From an uncultured bacterium (GTDB lineage Bacteria; Oederibacteriota; CAKKQC01): a stretch of 43,481 nt of DNA. The translations under genes were made by a program, and so were the position numbers. Shown piece after piece: positions 19,847 to 27,388 of the stretch. The stretch lies in the NCBI GenBank assembly GCA_964587525.1, contig CAZPLZ010000002.1, positions 1-43,481 of the forward strand, in the 5' to 3' direction. Numbering within the stretch: the stretch's first letter is position 1; each line of letters begins with the position of its first letter. The notes below the pieces were generated by a model. The model did not search any database. It was not told where the DNA came from and saw nothing but the letters and a program-made list of their open reading frames with translations.

Positions 19847-21758
19847 GTCGCGGTAGGGACACGAGTTACCCCGTACCCCCCGCACAGATCCGTGCTGGCG
19901 CTGCTAACGCACACGGCTCCTGCCGCAGGTAGTTGGCGAAAAAGCGCACGTTGGGATATGGATGCAGTATCCGCGCAGTTGGAAGTGTGGTTTGGATGTG
20001 CCGGGTGAACTTCTCCCAGTTCAGGCGATATCCCTGTTGACTCCGGCGTCGTAGCGCACGGAGCCATGCCCGACAGACCTGTCTGCGAAAGCTTTGGATC
20101 GCGTCACTGTTTCCTGGTACCGCGTGGTAGTTGAAGTAACCTCTGACTACGGACCCCAGCCATTTACCCACTTCGCCAATGGGCCGATGCTTCCGCGCCT
20201 TGAGCTCCCTTCCCACCTCCGCCAGCTTCGCCGCCATTCGCTTCGCGACGGTCTTCCGCTTCACCGCGAACTTCCCCTTTAGGGTCTTCCCGCAGTAGTG
20301 CGTGAATCCCAGAAAGTTGAATGTCTCTGGCTTCCCCTGACCTCGTTTCTCCCGATTCTGTGCGGCGAACCGCCCAAACTCGATGATCCGGGTCTTCCCA
20401 GGGTGCAATGCCAGCCCGAATCTTTCCATTCGGCCCTTGAGCGCCTTGTGGAATCGTTCGGCGTCGGTGGCGTGCTGGAACCCCAGCACCACATCGTCCG
20501 CGTAGCGGACCATCATGACGTCCCCTTGCGCGGTCCGTTTCCACCCCATGTACCATTCGTCGAGGACGTAGTGGAGGTACATGTTCGCCAGTAACGGTGA
20601 TATCACCGCCCCCTGCGGTGTCCCCACGTCCGTCCTCTTGATGATCCCTTCCTCCGATACTCCCGCTCTCAGCCACTTCCGGATCAAGCGGTGTATCCTG
20701 CGGTCCGCTATCCGGTACTGGATGAACTTCAGCAGCCACTCGTGGTCCATCGTGTCAAAGAACCCTTGAATGTCCACTTCCAATACCCAGCTCACTTTCC
20801 TCAGAAGGCCCACGCTCAGGGCGTCCAAGGCATCATGCGGCTTGCGCCCCGGCCGGTACCCGTACGAGAACCCATGGAAGTCTTCTTCGTAGATTTGGGT
20901 GAGGACCGTCACCACTGCCTGCTGCACAATCTTGTCTTCCAGCGCCGCGATCCCCAGGGGACGCATCCCTCCTCCCGGTTTGGGGATATAGCAGCGCTTG
21001 CTCGGCAAGGCTCGGTAGGTCCCTCGGTGGACCCGGTCATGCAACTCCCTCACCCTCTCCTCAAGTCCGACTTCGTACTGCCTCCACGTCTCCCCGTCGA
21101 CCCCTGGCGCAGCTCCCCGCTTCAGCGCGTAGAAGCTGTCACGCAACAGGTCAACATTGATGTGGTGCAGCAGGGCGGTGAACTGCTCTCCCTTCCTCGT
21201 TCGTGCTGCTTCGCGCACGCCTTGCAGTCCGATCGACGATCCCTTCCGGCCCTGGGTCCGGTTCACGGCGTCCTGCTCAGCGTTCCCTTTGGCCGACGGC
21301 CTTCCCTCCATGGACTCCGCCTCTGAACCCTCAGATTCAGGCTTGTTCGCCCACTTCCTCGGTACTACGCCATCGTCCGACTCCTCAGGACCGTTCATAC
21401 GGAGCTTCGGCTTCCAACCTTCCTCCGCCGGCCCGTCCTCGTTCGCGGGCAGTCCTGAGGTCTCCCGGTTCCCTCCCATGAAGTGTCCCCGCATGCTGAG
21501 GGTCTATCGACTCCGCAGGATCGTTACCCGGCTAGCCTTCTCACGCCAAGCAACATGTGGCTTTCCCCTTTGTCCCACAGGGTCAGCATCCTGGTGGCAA
21601 TTGATTTCGGAGCTCAATACCTCGCCTGCGGTTTCCCCTGTCAACGCTTCGCCTGCACCCTCGCGGGTACCTACGCATGACTCGGGGCCGGGGTGGATGG
21701 CTCGTCCTTCCCCGTACGGCTCTTGCATCCGCTTCCTCATGTGGTTTCTCCGGCGCAC
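19847..21758 (-). mobile_element. Group II intron (1,912 nt), complete, inserted in a repeated intergenic element upstream of the TPR-PIN gene
   Basis: The minus-strand 5' end is GTGCGCC at 21758. A domain V-like hairpin GAGCCGTGTGCG..CACGGATC lies at 19887-19919, followed by a domain VI-like stem with a bulged A, and the 3' end ...CCGCGAC is at 19847. The joined exons match the intron-less copy of the element at 41715-41748. Confidence 0.85.
19866..21398 (-). CDS. Group II intron reverse transcriptase/maturase (no En/HNH domain)
   Basis: RT motifs are PKPGGGMRPLGI, FHGFSYGYRPGRKPHDAL and MVRYADDVVLGF (YADD), followed by maturase domain X. The longest ORF reaches 21494, but the MNGPEESDDGVVPRK start (ATG 21398) fits homologues I recall and leaves room for RNA domains I-III. 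The last ~17 codons translate domain V. Confidence 0.9.
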   Translation of the reverse strand: MNGPEESDDGVVPRKWANKPESEGSEAESMEGRPSAKGNAEQDAVNRTQGRKGSSIGLQGVREAARTRKGEQFTALLHHINVDLLRDSFYALKRGAAPGVDGETWRQYEVGLEERVRELHDRVHRGTYRALPSKRCYIPKPGGGMRPLGIAALEDKIVQQAVVTVLTQIYEEDFHGFSYGYRPGRKPHDALDALSVGLLRKVSWVLEVDIQGFFDTMDHEWLLKFIQYRIADRRIHRLIRKWLRAGVSEEGIIKRTDVGTPQGAVISPLLANMYLHYVLDEWYMGWKRTAQGDVMMVRYADDVVLGFQHATDAERFHKALKGRMERFGLALHPGKTRIIEFGRFAAQNREKRGQGKPETFNFLGFTHYCGKTLKGKFAVKRKTVAKRMAAKLAEVGRELKARKHRPIGEVGKWLGSVVRGYFNYHAVPGNSDAIQSFRRQVCRAWLRALRRRSQQGYRLNWEKFTRHIQTTLPTARILHPYPNVRFFANYLRQEPCALAAPARICAGGTG

Positions 21759-21786
21759 GAGACGTTCATGATATTATAACTTCCGC
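21759..21786 (-). repeat. Core intergenic motif, copy 1 (5'-exon half; the 3' half is at 19835-19846)
   Basis: The minus strand reads GCGGAAGTTATAATATCATGAACGTCTC| followed by the intron. It starts 17 nt after the channel gene stop. Confidence 0.8.
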
Positions 21787-21806
21787 ATTCTGCCGCCTCG
21801 CCGCCT

Positions 21807-22634
21807 TCAGGTATTGCGAACGATACTTTTTCTAAGCTCGCGGCTACGGCGAAGATGACCCAGTGTGGTTCGCCCTTTACTCCGCAGCTCGTCAACAAAC
21901 GCAGATCCTAATATCCCGGCCGGCAGCGCAAATAGACCAATGCCGACAATGGCAACTGATCCAGCGATTAGTTTTCCCACTAGCGTAATTGGGTACGTTT
22001 GGCCCAACCCAACTCTTCCCAACGTTGCTACGCCCCACCATAGCGACATAGGAATGCTTGAAAACACTTCGGGTTGAGCATCGTGTTCTGCGTAATAAAT
22101 TAGTGATGAAGCTAGAATCAAATAGATTGCTAGGAAGACAAAAATCATGGCGAGCTCGACGCCTTTCGCTCTCAATACGCGCCCAAAAGTCTCCAATGCC
22201 TTAGAATAACGAGCCAATTTAACTAGGCGAAAAACTCGCAGAAGACGAAACACACGAAGAAATCTTAGGTCTAGCCCAAAGATGGGAAAGATCGAAGGGA
22301 GAATCGCTACTGCGTCAATAACCATGAAAGGCGTGGCTGAAAATTTCAGTCTTCCTATGAACCAACGCCGATATCGCGAGGCGGTCGTGCATGACCATAT
22401 TCGGAGAATGTACTCCAGAGCAAAAACGAATACTGAAAATGTTTCGAACTGTTGTAGCTGTATACCATAGCTCGCCTTAAATGAGGCAACGGTTTCCAGG
22501 GAGAGCGCGACAACGTTTAAGATAATTAGCGAGATAATGCCAAGCTGGAATACAATTTCTGGCCACCCATCAACTCGTGTCGCATCCATTAGATGAAAAA
22601 GTGACTTTTTTAACTTGTTTGTTTTACTCCTCAT
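21807..22634 (-). CDS. 6TM voltage-gated-type ion transport protein with degenerate K+ selectivity filter
   Basis: ORF 21807..23192 trimmed to ATG 22634 (MRSKTNKLKK...). An S4 arginine ladder is present (LRFLRVFRLLRVFRLVKLAR). The pore region is SIPMSLWWGVATLGRVGLGQTYP where canonical channels have TVGYGD. The upstream 186 codons are antisense to the 288-aa gene. Confidence 0.75.
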   Translation of the reverse strand: MRSKTNKLKKSLFHLMDATRVDGWPEIVFQLGIISLIILNVVALSLETVASFKASYGIQLQQFETFSVFVFALEYILRIWSCTTASRYRRWFIGRLKFSATPFMVIDAVAILPSIFPIFGLDLRFLRVFRLLRVFRLVKLARYSKALETFGRVLRAKGVELAMIFVFLAIYLILASSLIYYAEHDAQPEVFSSIPMSLWWGVATLGRVGLGQTYPITLVGKLIAGSVAIVGIGLFALPAGILGSAFVDELRSKGRTTLGHLRRSRELRKSIVRNT

Positions 22635-22700
22635 ACATAGAACATAGCATTTATTGAATATGCGACGCAGTTGGATTACGGTGGTACTCTGTACGTGTAC

Positions 22701-23537
22701 ATGATCGACAAGAAGGTTGCTGAATTGGTGAAGAGACAGGTGTGGCCCGACATGATAGTGCGTGACAGAGATATGCCTCGCCACGTAGGCACCATTCTTG
22801 AGAAACTCAATGCGCGGGGAATACCGTCTTCCGGGTCCTTTCCTGCACAAGTTACTAGACTGTGCGAACACGAACTGGAGATCAGGGGCAACAGAATCTG
22901 GAGCATCATGCTTCAGGTCCTGATCGAACTCAGGGTACCGATGGTTGAAACCACAGAAGCCGAGCTGCAGCACATCTTTCGCAGTGAAGCAGAGCCTCAG
23001 CTTAGTTCCCTTGAGCAATATATTAGGAAAGCGTCCTATCAGGTCAAGATGTCGCCCCATGAATTTGTCTCCCAACTGCAAGGAGTCTATTCCACAATGC
23101 TTCTGAAGTGTCACGGCAAGATCGCGTTGCACGTGGAAGCAGGGAAAAGACAGCCTGGCACAAGTGAAGCGCCGAGTGGCACAACTCAACACATGTCTTT
23201 TTTTGGTCCAGTTGGTGTTCTACAGACGGGCAACTATGCTATTGCCAACGTTGTTCAAGAGATCAACCAAGAGCGGAAAATTGAATTGAAAAACGCTCTG
23301 GAAACAATCTCCCAATCTTTGAATACCGCTGATCTGCAAGGCGCCGCATCAAGCAAAGAAGTTCTCGACACCGTGAACGACAGCAAAGCCGAATTGGAGA
23401 AAAACAAACCCAACACATTGAAGCTAAGAGCGTTGTTGCTCGGCATCGCTACGGCAATACGCGACACTGCGAAACTTGCCGATGCATACAAGACGATCAA
23501 GGATTTCCTTTCTCTCTGCGGCATAACATTGCCCTGA
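22701..23537 (+). CDS. Hypothetical protein (no recognisable motif; C-terminal half predicted helical)
   Basis: Long ORF in ~50% GC DNA with protein-like composition. The first ATG is at 22701; the ORF track begins at TTG 22671. It is divergent from the channel gene. Confidence 0.55.
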   Translation: MIDKKVAELVKRQVWPDMIVRDRDMPRHVGTILEKLNARGIPSSGSFPAQVTRLCEHELEIRGNRIWSIMLQVLIELRVPMVETTEAELQHIFRSEAEPQLSSLEQYIRKASYQVKMSPHEFVSQLQGVYSTMLLKCHGKIALHVEAGKRQPGTSEAPSGTTQHMSFFGPVGVLQTGNYAIANVVQEINQERKIELKNALETISQSLNTADLQGAASSKEVLDTVNDSKAELEKNKPNTLKLRALLLGIATAIRDTAKLADAYKTIKDFLSLCGITLP

Positions 23538-23539
23538 CG

Positions 23540-23800
23540 CCTAGAAAGGAGCCGTTCATGATATTACAACTTCCGTCTTCCCCCCAGGCAAAGAATGGGG
23601 TCAGTCATCATATTATCGTATTCTAGCGATTGGCAGATTATCCTGGTTTCAGATTCCTCCGCTTGGCCTCTTCCCTGCCCCGCACTAAGTTGCGAACCAC
23701 CGCTGGTTGTCCTATCCGCAAATGCCTCCCAGCCGCAGTCCGCCTCAAACCCATGTCATCAACCAACCACACAATGTGATAATAATTTCATAACAGGTAC
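23540..23800 (-). repeat. Extended intergenic repeat, copy A (core motif copy 2 + ~200-bp conserved block + X box)
   Basis: By eye ~85-90% identical to 39432-39680 over blocks such as GTCATCATATTATCGTATTCTAGCGAT.GGCAGAT.ATCCTGGTTTCAGATTCCTCCGCTT and AAGTTGCGAAC...GGTTGTCCTATCCG. Confidence 0.85.
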
Positions 23801-23801
23801 G

Positions 23802-25217
23802 TTATCTAAGCTTCTCGAACCCGTCTAAGACCACGATCATGGCTCGGCAGTCGTCTTCGTTGTACCGAATCACCTTGTCCAGGCCGGCGACGTTCTCTCC
23901 GTTCGAAGCCTGCTTGTACCAGATCATGGCACTCTTCATAGCGTCGACTTCCGAGGCATCCTGGCTCCACTCGAAGCCGAAGTAGGGCGCGACAACTTTT
24001 ATGCTCCATCCAGGAGTCGGCAATACGTAGGCCGCCTGGGCAAACACGCTCAAATCCCTCAACTGCGGCAGAATCAAGCTGTCGTACTCGGCCTGAAGGC
24101 CGTTCCGCTCACAGGCGCTCTTGAGTTCCGTTTTCTCGTAACCGAACCAGTGGTACAGGCAGTACGCGTCCCCTTGACCGCCTAGGTAGCCAAGAAACTC
24201 CACTAGGATGGCCTTCTCGTCAGCAGGGGTCTTCGCCAGGAACGGCTTGTACGAACCTGTACCTGCTTTGCTCCGAGGAATCAGACCTATGAGATAAATG
24301 CAGTTCCACGCGGAATCATCCTGGAACAGCTCTCCAGTTCCTTCCAGGTCAAGGAATATCTCCACCGCCGGGCGTGGTTCCGGAAGCTTCCATTCACCGA
24401 CCTTCACCGGCCGCTTGGAAAGCTGGGCCTTCACGGAATTGACGATCTGCGGGACCTTCTTGGGACCCAAGCCTTTGATCGTCCTTAACGCCTCAGGTGT
24501 CATCTTTGCAAGATCACGTAGGGTGTGAACGCCCATGGAGTGGAACTTGGTGGCATGGCCGAGCCCAACGTTCCAAGCGAGCGTTACGTCCTGTCGCTCC
24601 TTCACCGTCTTGTTCTGGAGAGTTCTCCAGCGGGACCGGCAATTGTAGACAGGATAGGGAGGGTCCTTGCGGGCGAGGATGGCTCTGGCGCAACGAACAG
24701 CTTCCTCCACCTCGCTCTCGTCATACGGAATCGGGAATTCCTCATTTCGACGCGATACTACCCGACACTCGCATTCTGTCTCATACGCTTTTCTCAGCAG
24801 ATGGGCGTAAACAAGTGCCTGAATCTTATGGGTCTCTTCCAGTGTTCCAGCCAGCTTGTATTCCTCGACTATGCACGTGTTCGGGCCATGGACCTGGATC
24901 ACGTCAGGTCGGCCGTATAGCCCGATCTTGCCCACCGACAGAGCACCGCCATATATCACCACGCTATCCTGCTTCATCAGCTCGGCTGTCCGTTTGGCCG
25001 CTGTCTCGAACGGTTCATCCTTGAGATCGACAAAGCTCGCATGCCGCTTCGTAAGGAGCTCCTTCTCAACCCGTAAGCCCTGTTCCTTCAGAAAAACGTC
25101 GTATTCGTCCTCAGGATCCTTGAGCTTCGGATCGCCGTGACAGTCGTACCACAGCCCAAACGGATCTGACTTGGCCAGTGCGACATCCGAAGCCGATAAA
25201 GAAAGATTGTCACTCAT
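23802..25217 (-). CDS. TM0106-family RecB-like nuclease (N-terminal PD-(D/E)xK + C-terminal RNase H-like exonuclease fold)
   Basis: GRPDVIQV...IVEEYK is a PD..ExK motif. The exonuclease-like motifs are IFLDLEGT and YNEDDCRAM. 471 aa. Confidence 0.75.
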   Translation of the reverse strand: MSDNLSLSASDVALAKSDPFGLWYDCHGDPKLKDPEDEYDVFLKEQGLRVEKELLTKRHASFVDLKDEPFETAAKRTAELMKQDSVVIYGGALSVGKIGLYGRPDVIQVHGPNTCIVEEYKLAGTLEETHKIQALVYAHLLRKAYETECECRVVSRRNEEFPIPYDESEVEEAVRCARAILARKDPPYPVYNCRSRWRTLQNKTVKERQDVTLAWNVGLGHATKFHSMGVHTLRDLAKMTPEALRTIKGLGPKKVPQIVNSVKAQLSKRPVKVGEWKLPEPRPAVEIFLDLEGTGELFQDDSAWNCIYLIGLIPRSKAGTGSYKPFLAKTPADEKAILVEFLGYLGGQGDAYCLYHWFGYEKTELKSACERNGLQAEYDSLILPQLRDLSVFAQAAYVLPTPGWSIKVVAPYFGFEWSQDASEVDAMKSAMIWYKQASNGENVAGLDKVIRYNEDDCRAMIVVLDGFEKLR

Positions 25218-25418
25218 CTGAAACGCAAGACCATAGCATCACCGTGTTACAAGGTAGAATGCACTCAAGACGGCAACCGACGTAACTCCAGGGCACGCAA
25301 TTTGTTTCCCTCGGGATCGCCGAGGAACGGAATGAGGGACATTGATGACAATAGAACATTCGATAGTTTCAACCTTGGCTTATTCAATCAGACGACAGCT
25401 CCCTTCCGACCTAACGAG

Positions 25419-25443
25419 AATGTGATAATTTCATAACAGGTAC
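25419..25443. repeat. X box copy 2 (direct repeat of 23773-23800)
   Basis: AATGTGATAATTTCATAACAGGTAC compared with AATGTGATAATAATTTCATAACAGGTAC: identical apart from a 3-nt indel. Confidence 0.9.
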
Positions 25444-25509
25444 CTTCCTCTAGAGACTCACCATTACGCTGTGGCCTGCAAAAGCACAGAACCCAGACCA
25501 TTTGCATCC

Positions 25510-26277
25510 TTAGTTGGCCAAAAATGCGATATTGTCCTCGCGCCTCGACCAGGGAATCGATGAAACATCGTACGCCTCCAGGGCCTCAAGCACATCCCCG
25601 CCGATTTCCCGATCATAGTCGTTGAGAAAAGCAAACGCCTTTGAACCTTCTTCCCTAGCTTCACGCGTATCTTGGAGAACAAACAGGTAATGGCTGATTG
25701 TATTCTTGCTGGGAGCATTGATCGCCTGCCCGATTCGCTCCGGCTGCGCTTTCGAGCGGGGAATCAGGAAATTAACCGCGTGATCGAAACCGGTCTTCCC
25801 GGATAGCTTCACCATAGGGCTGTAGCGCACCTCGTTGGCATCAAGGAATGAACGAACATCCTCCAGGAACAACGACTCAACTCTCGGTTGAGAAAGAACG
25901 AACATGTCGTTGATCGCCAGCATGGCCTGAAGCAGTTGATGTATCCGTTGCCCGAGGTTCTTTGGTGAAGCTTCCACCTCAAGTCTTTCTTCTCGACGGT
26001 GAACCCCCAAGCCGTTCAGGATTTCATTCAGAAGAGACTTCCTGCGCTCACTGATGAGATTCACCCCGCTCATCTTCAAGTCGGCAAAGATGGCGCCGTC
26101 GTCCGTCAGGAGGATCTTCCCATTCTGTTGTGAGGCGTATATCTGCAGGTGATCGTTGTGCCTGTCAAGAAACGGAGTCGTTAGTTCGCACGCCCGTCCG
26201 ATCCGCTCAACCGACAAGCCCCGCCTGAGCCAATCCAGGTACGAATCAACGAGATGGTCACACTCTTCGCGGGTCAT
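25510..26277 (-). CDS. DUF1828/DUF1829-type two-domain protein
   Basis: 255 aa. The N-terminal W.......TPFLDRHNDHLQIY and C-terminal G.TGFDH.VNFLIP pattern matches my recollection of the DUF1828+DUF1829 architecture. Its ATG overlaps the upstream stop (ATGA at 26274-26277). Confidence 0.65.
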   Translation of the reverse strand: MTREECDHLVDSYLDWLRRGLSVERIGRACELTTPFLDRHNDHLQIYASQQNGKILLTDDGAIFADLKMSGVNLISERRKSLLNEILNGLGVHRREERLEVEASPKNLGQRIHQLLQAMLAINDMFVLSQPRVESLFLEDVRSFLDANEVRYSPMVKLSGKTGFDHAVNFLIPRSKAQPERIGQAINAPSKNTISHYLFVLQDTREAREEGSKAFAFLNDYDREIGGDVLEALEAYDVSSIPWSRREDNIAFLAN

Positions 26278-26717
26278 ACCAGCGTCAACACAAGGGATGG
26301 TGGGTCGCCTATGTGGGTAACTCGACAGAAACCCGCAAAGACGCGATTCGGATTTTCAGGATCGGGAAACAGATCCTTGTCGAGAGGCTGAGCCCATTTG
26401 TCTCCGAAACCCTCCCTATAGAAGTGAACGTGCGTGCCCGCCAACGTCCTGCCGTCAGGATTGGTATGCGGTGCCCCATCCAGTTCAAGGCGGGCCAGGA
26501 TGACCGTTTTGTGGGCGCGATTCTGCATCATAACCTTCGACAGCCTGATGCCACCCCGGTAAAGGTCAAGGATGAACTGCTCCCTTCCTCGATCACCTTG
26601 AAGATCGTGCGACTGGGAGTGGCCGGGGACCATCTCGATTAAGGCAGGCTTCTCTACGAATGATTTATCCATCAGTAGCAACCTGTCAGCCTCGGCTTGA
26701 GTGAGTTCAGATTCCAT
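26274..26717 (-). CDS. Hypothetical 147-aa protein (DUF6978-like by recollection)
   Basis: LDGAPHTNPDGRTLAGTHVHFYREGFGDKWAQPL resembles a widespread prophage-associated ~150-aa family. Translationally coupled to the downstream gene. Confidence 0.6.
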   Translation of the reverse strand: MESELTQAEADRLLLMDKSFVEKPALIEMVPGHSQSHDLQGDRGREQFILDLYRGGIRLSKVMMQNRAHKTVILARLELDGAPHTNPDGRTLAGTHVHFYREGFGDKWAQPLDKDLFPDPENPNRVFAGFCRVTHIGDPPSLVLTLV

Positions 26718-27147
26718 TAGACATAGTCTATCTCAAATTCCGGTAGCCTCTCATGCCCAGGAGTTTCAAAGCCTTTCGCAAGTGCGGATATAGCGTTTTC
26801 GAGCAGCAAGAAGCAATTCGTCGAGGCCAGCACGTCACCGAATTCAACCTTATGATTTCTAATCCCACAGGGTCAGGTCTGCAGAAATAAGCTCCGATTC
26901 TTCAACCTGACAGGTCAAGCCTCGCCCCGTTGCGAGGAAAACTCCTCGTCCAAGAAATATGAATAATTAACCATGTCCCCTCCCACCCTAGACCAGGTAG
27001 TTTTCGGCAAGGAATCGGCAAGAAAGAAATCTCCTCCCCGGACGAAGCGCTAGTTAGCTGAAGAACCTTCAGGTATCTGGCCGCCGGGCATCCATGTAAT
27101 CCTACATAGTGTTCCCGAACGCCGCACTGTAGTATCCTAAACGCATT

Positions 27148-27357
27148 ATGAGTAATCGAAGTACCGCTGCGCTCGTGAAGAACCTCCGTCGGCAACTCAG
27201 GTTAACCCAGGAGCAGTTTGCCCATAGGGTCGGCGTCACCTACAGCACCGTGAACCACTGGGAGAACGGGAAGCGGACGCCGCTCCCCTTCCTGGTCCGA
27301 CGCCTGCTGGAATTGAAGCGGAAGCTCGACCGCAAGAGTGAAAAGAGAAAGGGATGA
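27148..27357 (+). CDS. XRE-family helix-turn-helix transcriptional regulator
   Basis: LRLTQEQFAHRVGVTYSTVNHWENGKRTP is a canonical HTH_3 signature. 69 aa. Confidence 0.85.
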   Translation: MSNRSTAALVKNLRRQLRLTQEQFAHRVGVTYSTVNHWENGKRTPLPFLVRRLLELKRKLDRKSEKRKG

Positions 27358-27388
27358 ACCAACAAGGAACGAGCTCTCCGTTCAAATA

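Noticed and set aside
19866-21494. The reverse transcriptase as a retron, DGR or defence-associated RT
   Set aside because: A GTGCG 5' end, domain V/VI-like hairpins, maturase domain X and an exact empty-site match all show that it is a group II intron RT. No msr/msd-like repeats and no TR/VR pair with A-specific differences were seen.
21759-21770. A uORF starting at the ATG inside the core motif (MNVSYS.., MSVPYS.., MNICKY.., MNGSFL.. in the four copies)
   Set aside because: Lengths range from 10 to 24 codons and the sequences diverge after ~5 residues. The ATG is only 3 nt from the -10-like box. The conservation is better explained at the DNA level.
21495-21771. ORFs 21504..21758 (-), 21483..21680 (+) and 21157..21771 (+) at the intron's 5' end
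   Set aside because: This region must encode intron RNA domains I-III. Translations such as GPESCVGTREGAGEALTGE are the familiar spurious reading of group II intron domain I.
22635-23192. 186-codon N-terminal extension of the channel ORF (461-aa form)
   Set aside because: The Cys/His/Arg/Phe-rich translation is antisense to the protein-like 288-aa plus-strand ORF. The channel's S1 helix begins right after the internal ATG at 22634.
23595-23828. Small plus-strand ORF inside the conserved element (77 aa in copy A; 23 aa, 39510..39581, in copy B: MESVIILSYSSDRQIILVSDSSA)
   Set aside because: Two of the four substitutions in the shared 23 codons are synonymous, which is suggestive. However, the stop is not conserved (TAG in B, TGG in A), the RBS is weak and there are only two copies. 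That is insufficient to call it coding.
26753-26890. A 45-codon plus-strand ORF (MPRSFKAFRKCGYSVFEQQEAIRRGQH...) in the 430-bp control region, vaguely HicA-like
   Set aside because: It is below the ORF threshold, has no clear RBS, and the resemblance is too weak to support by eye.
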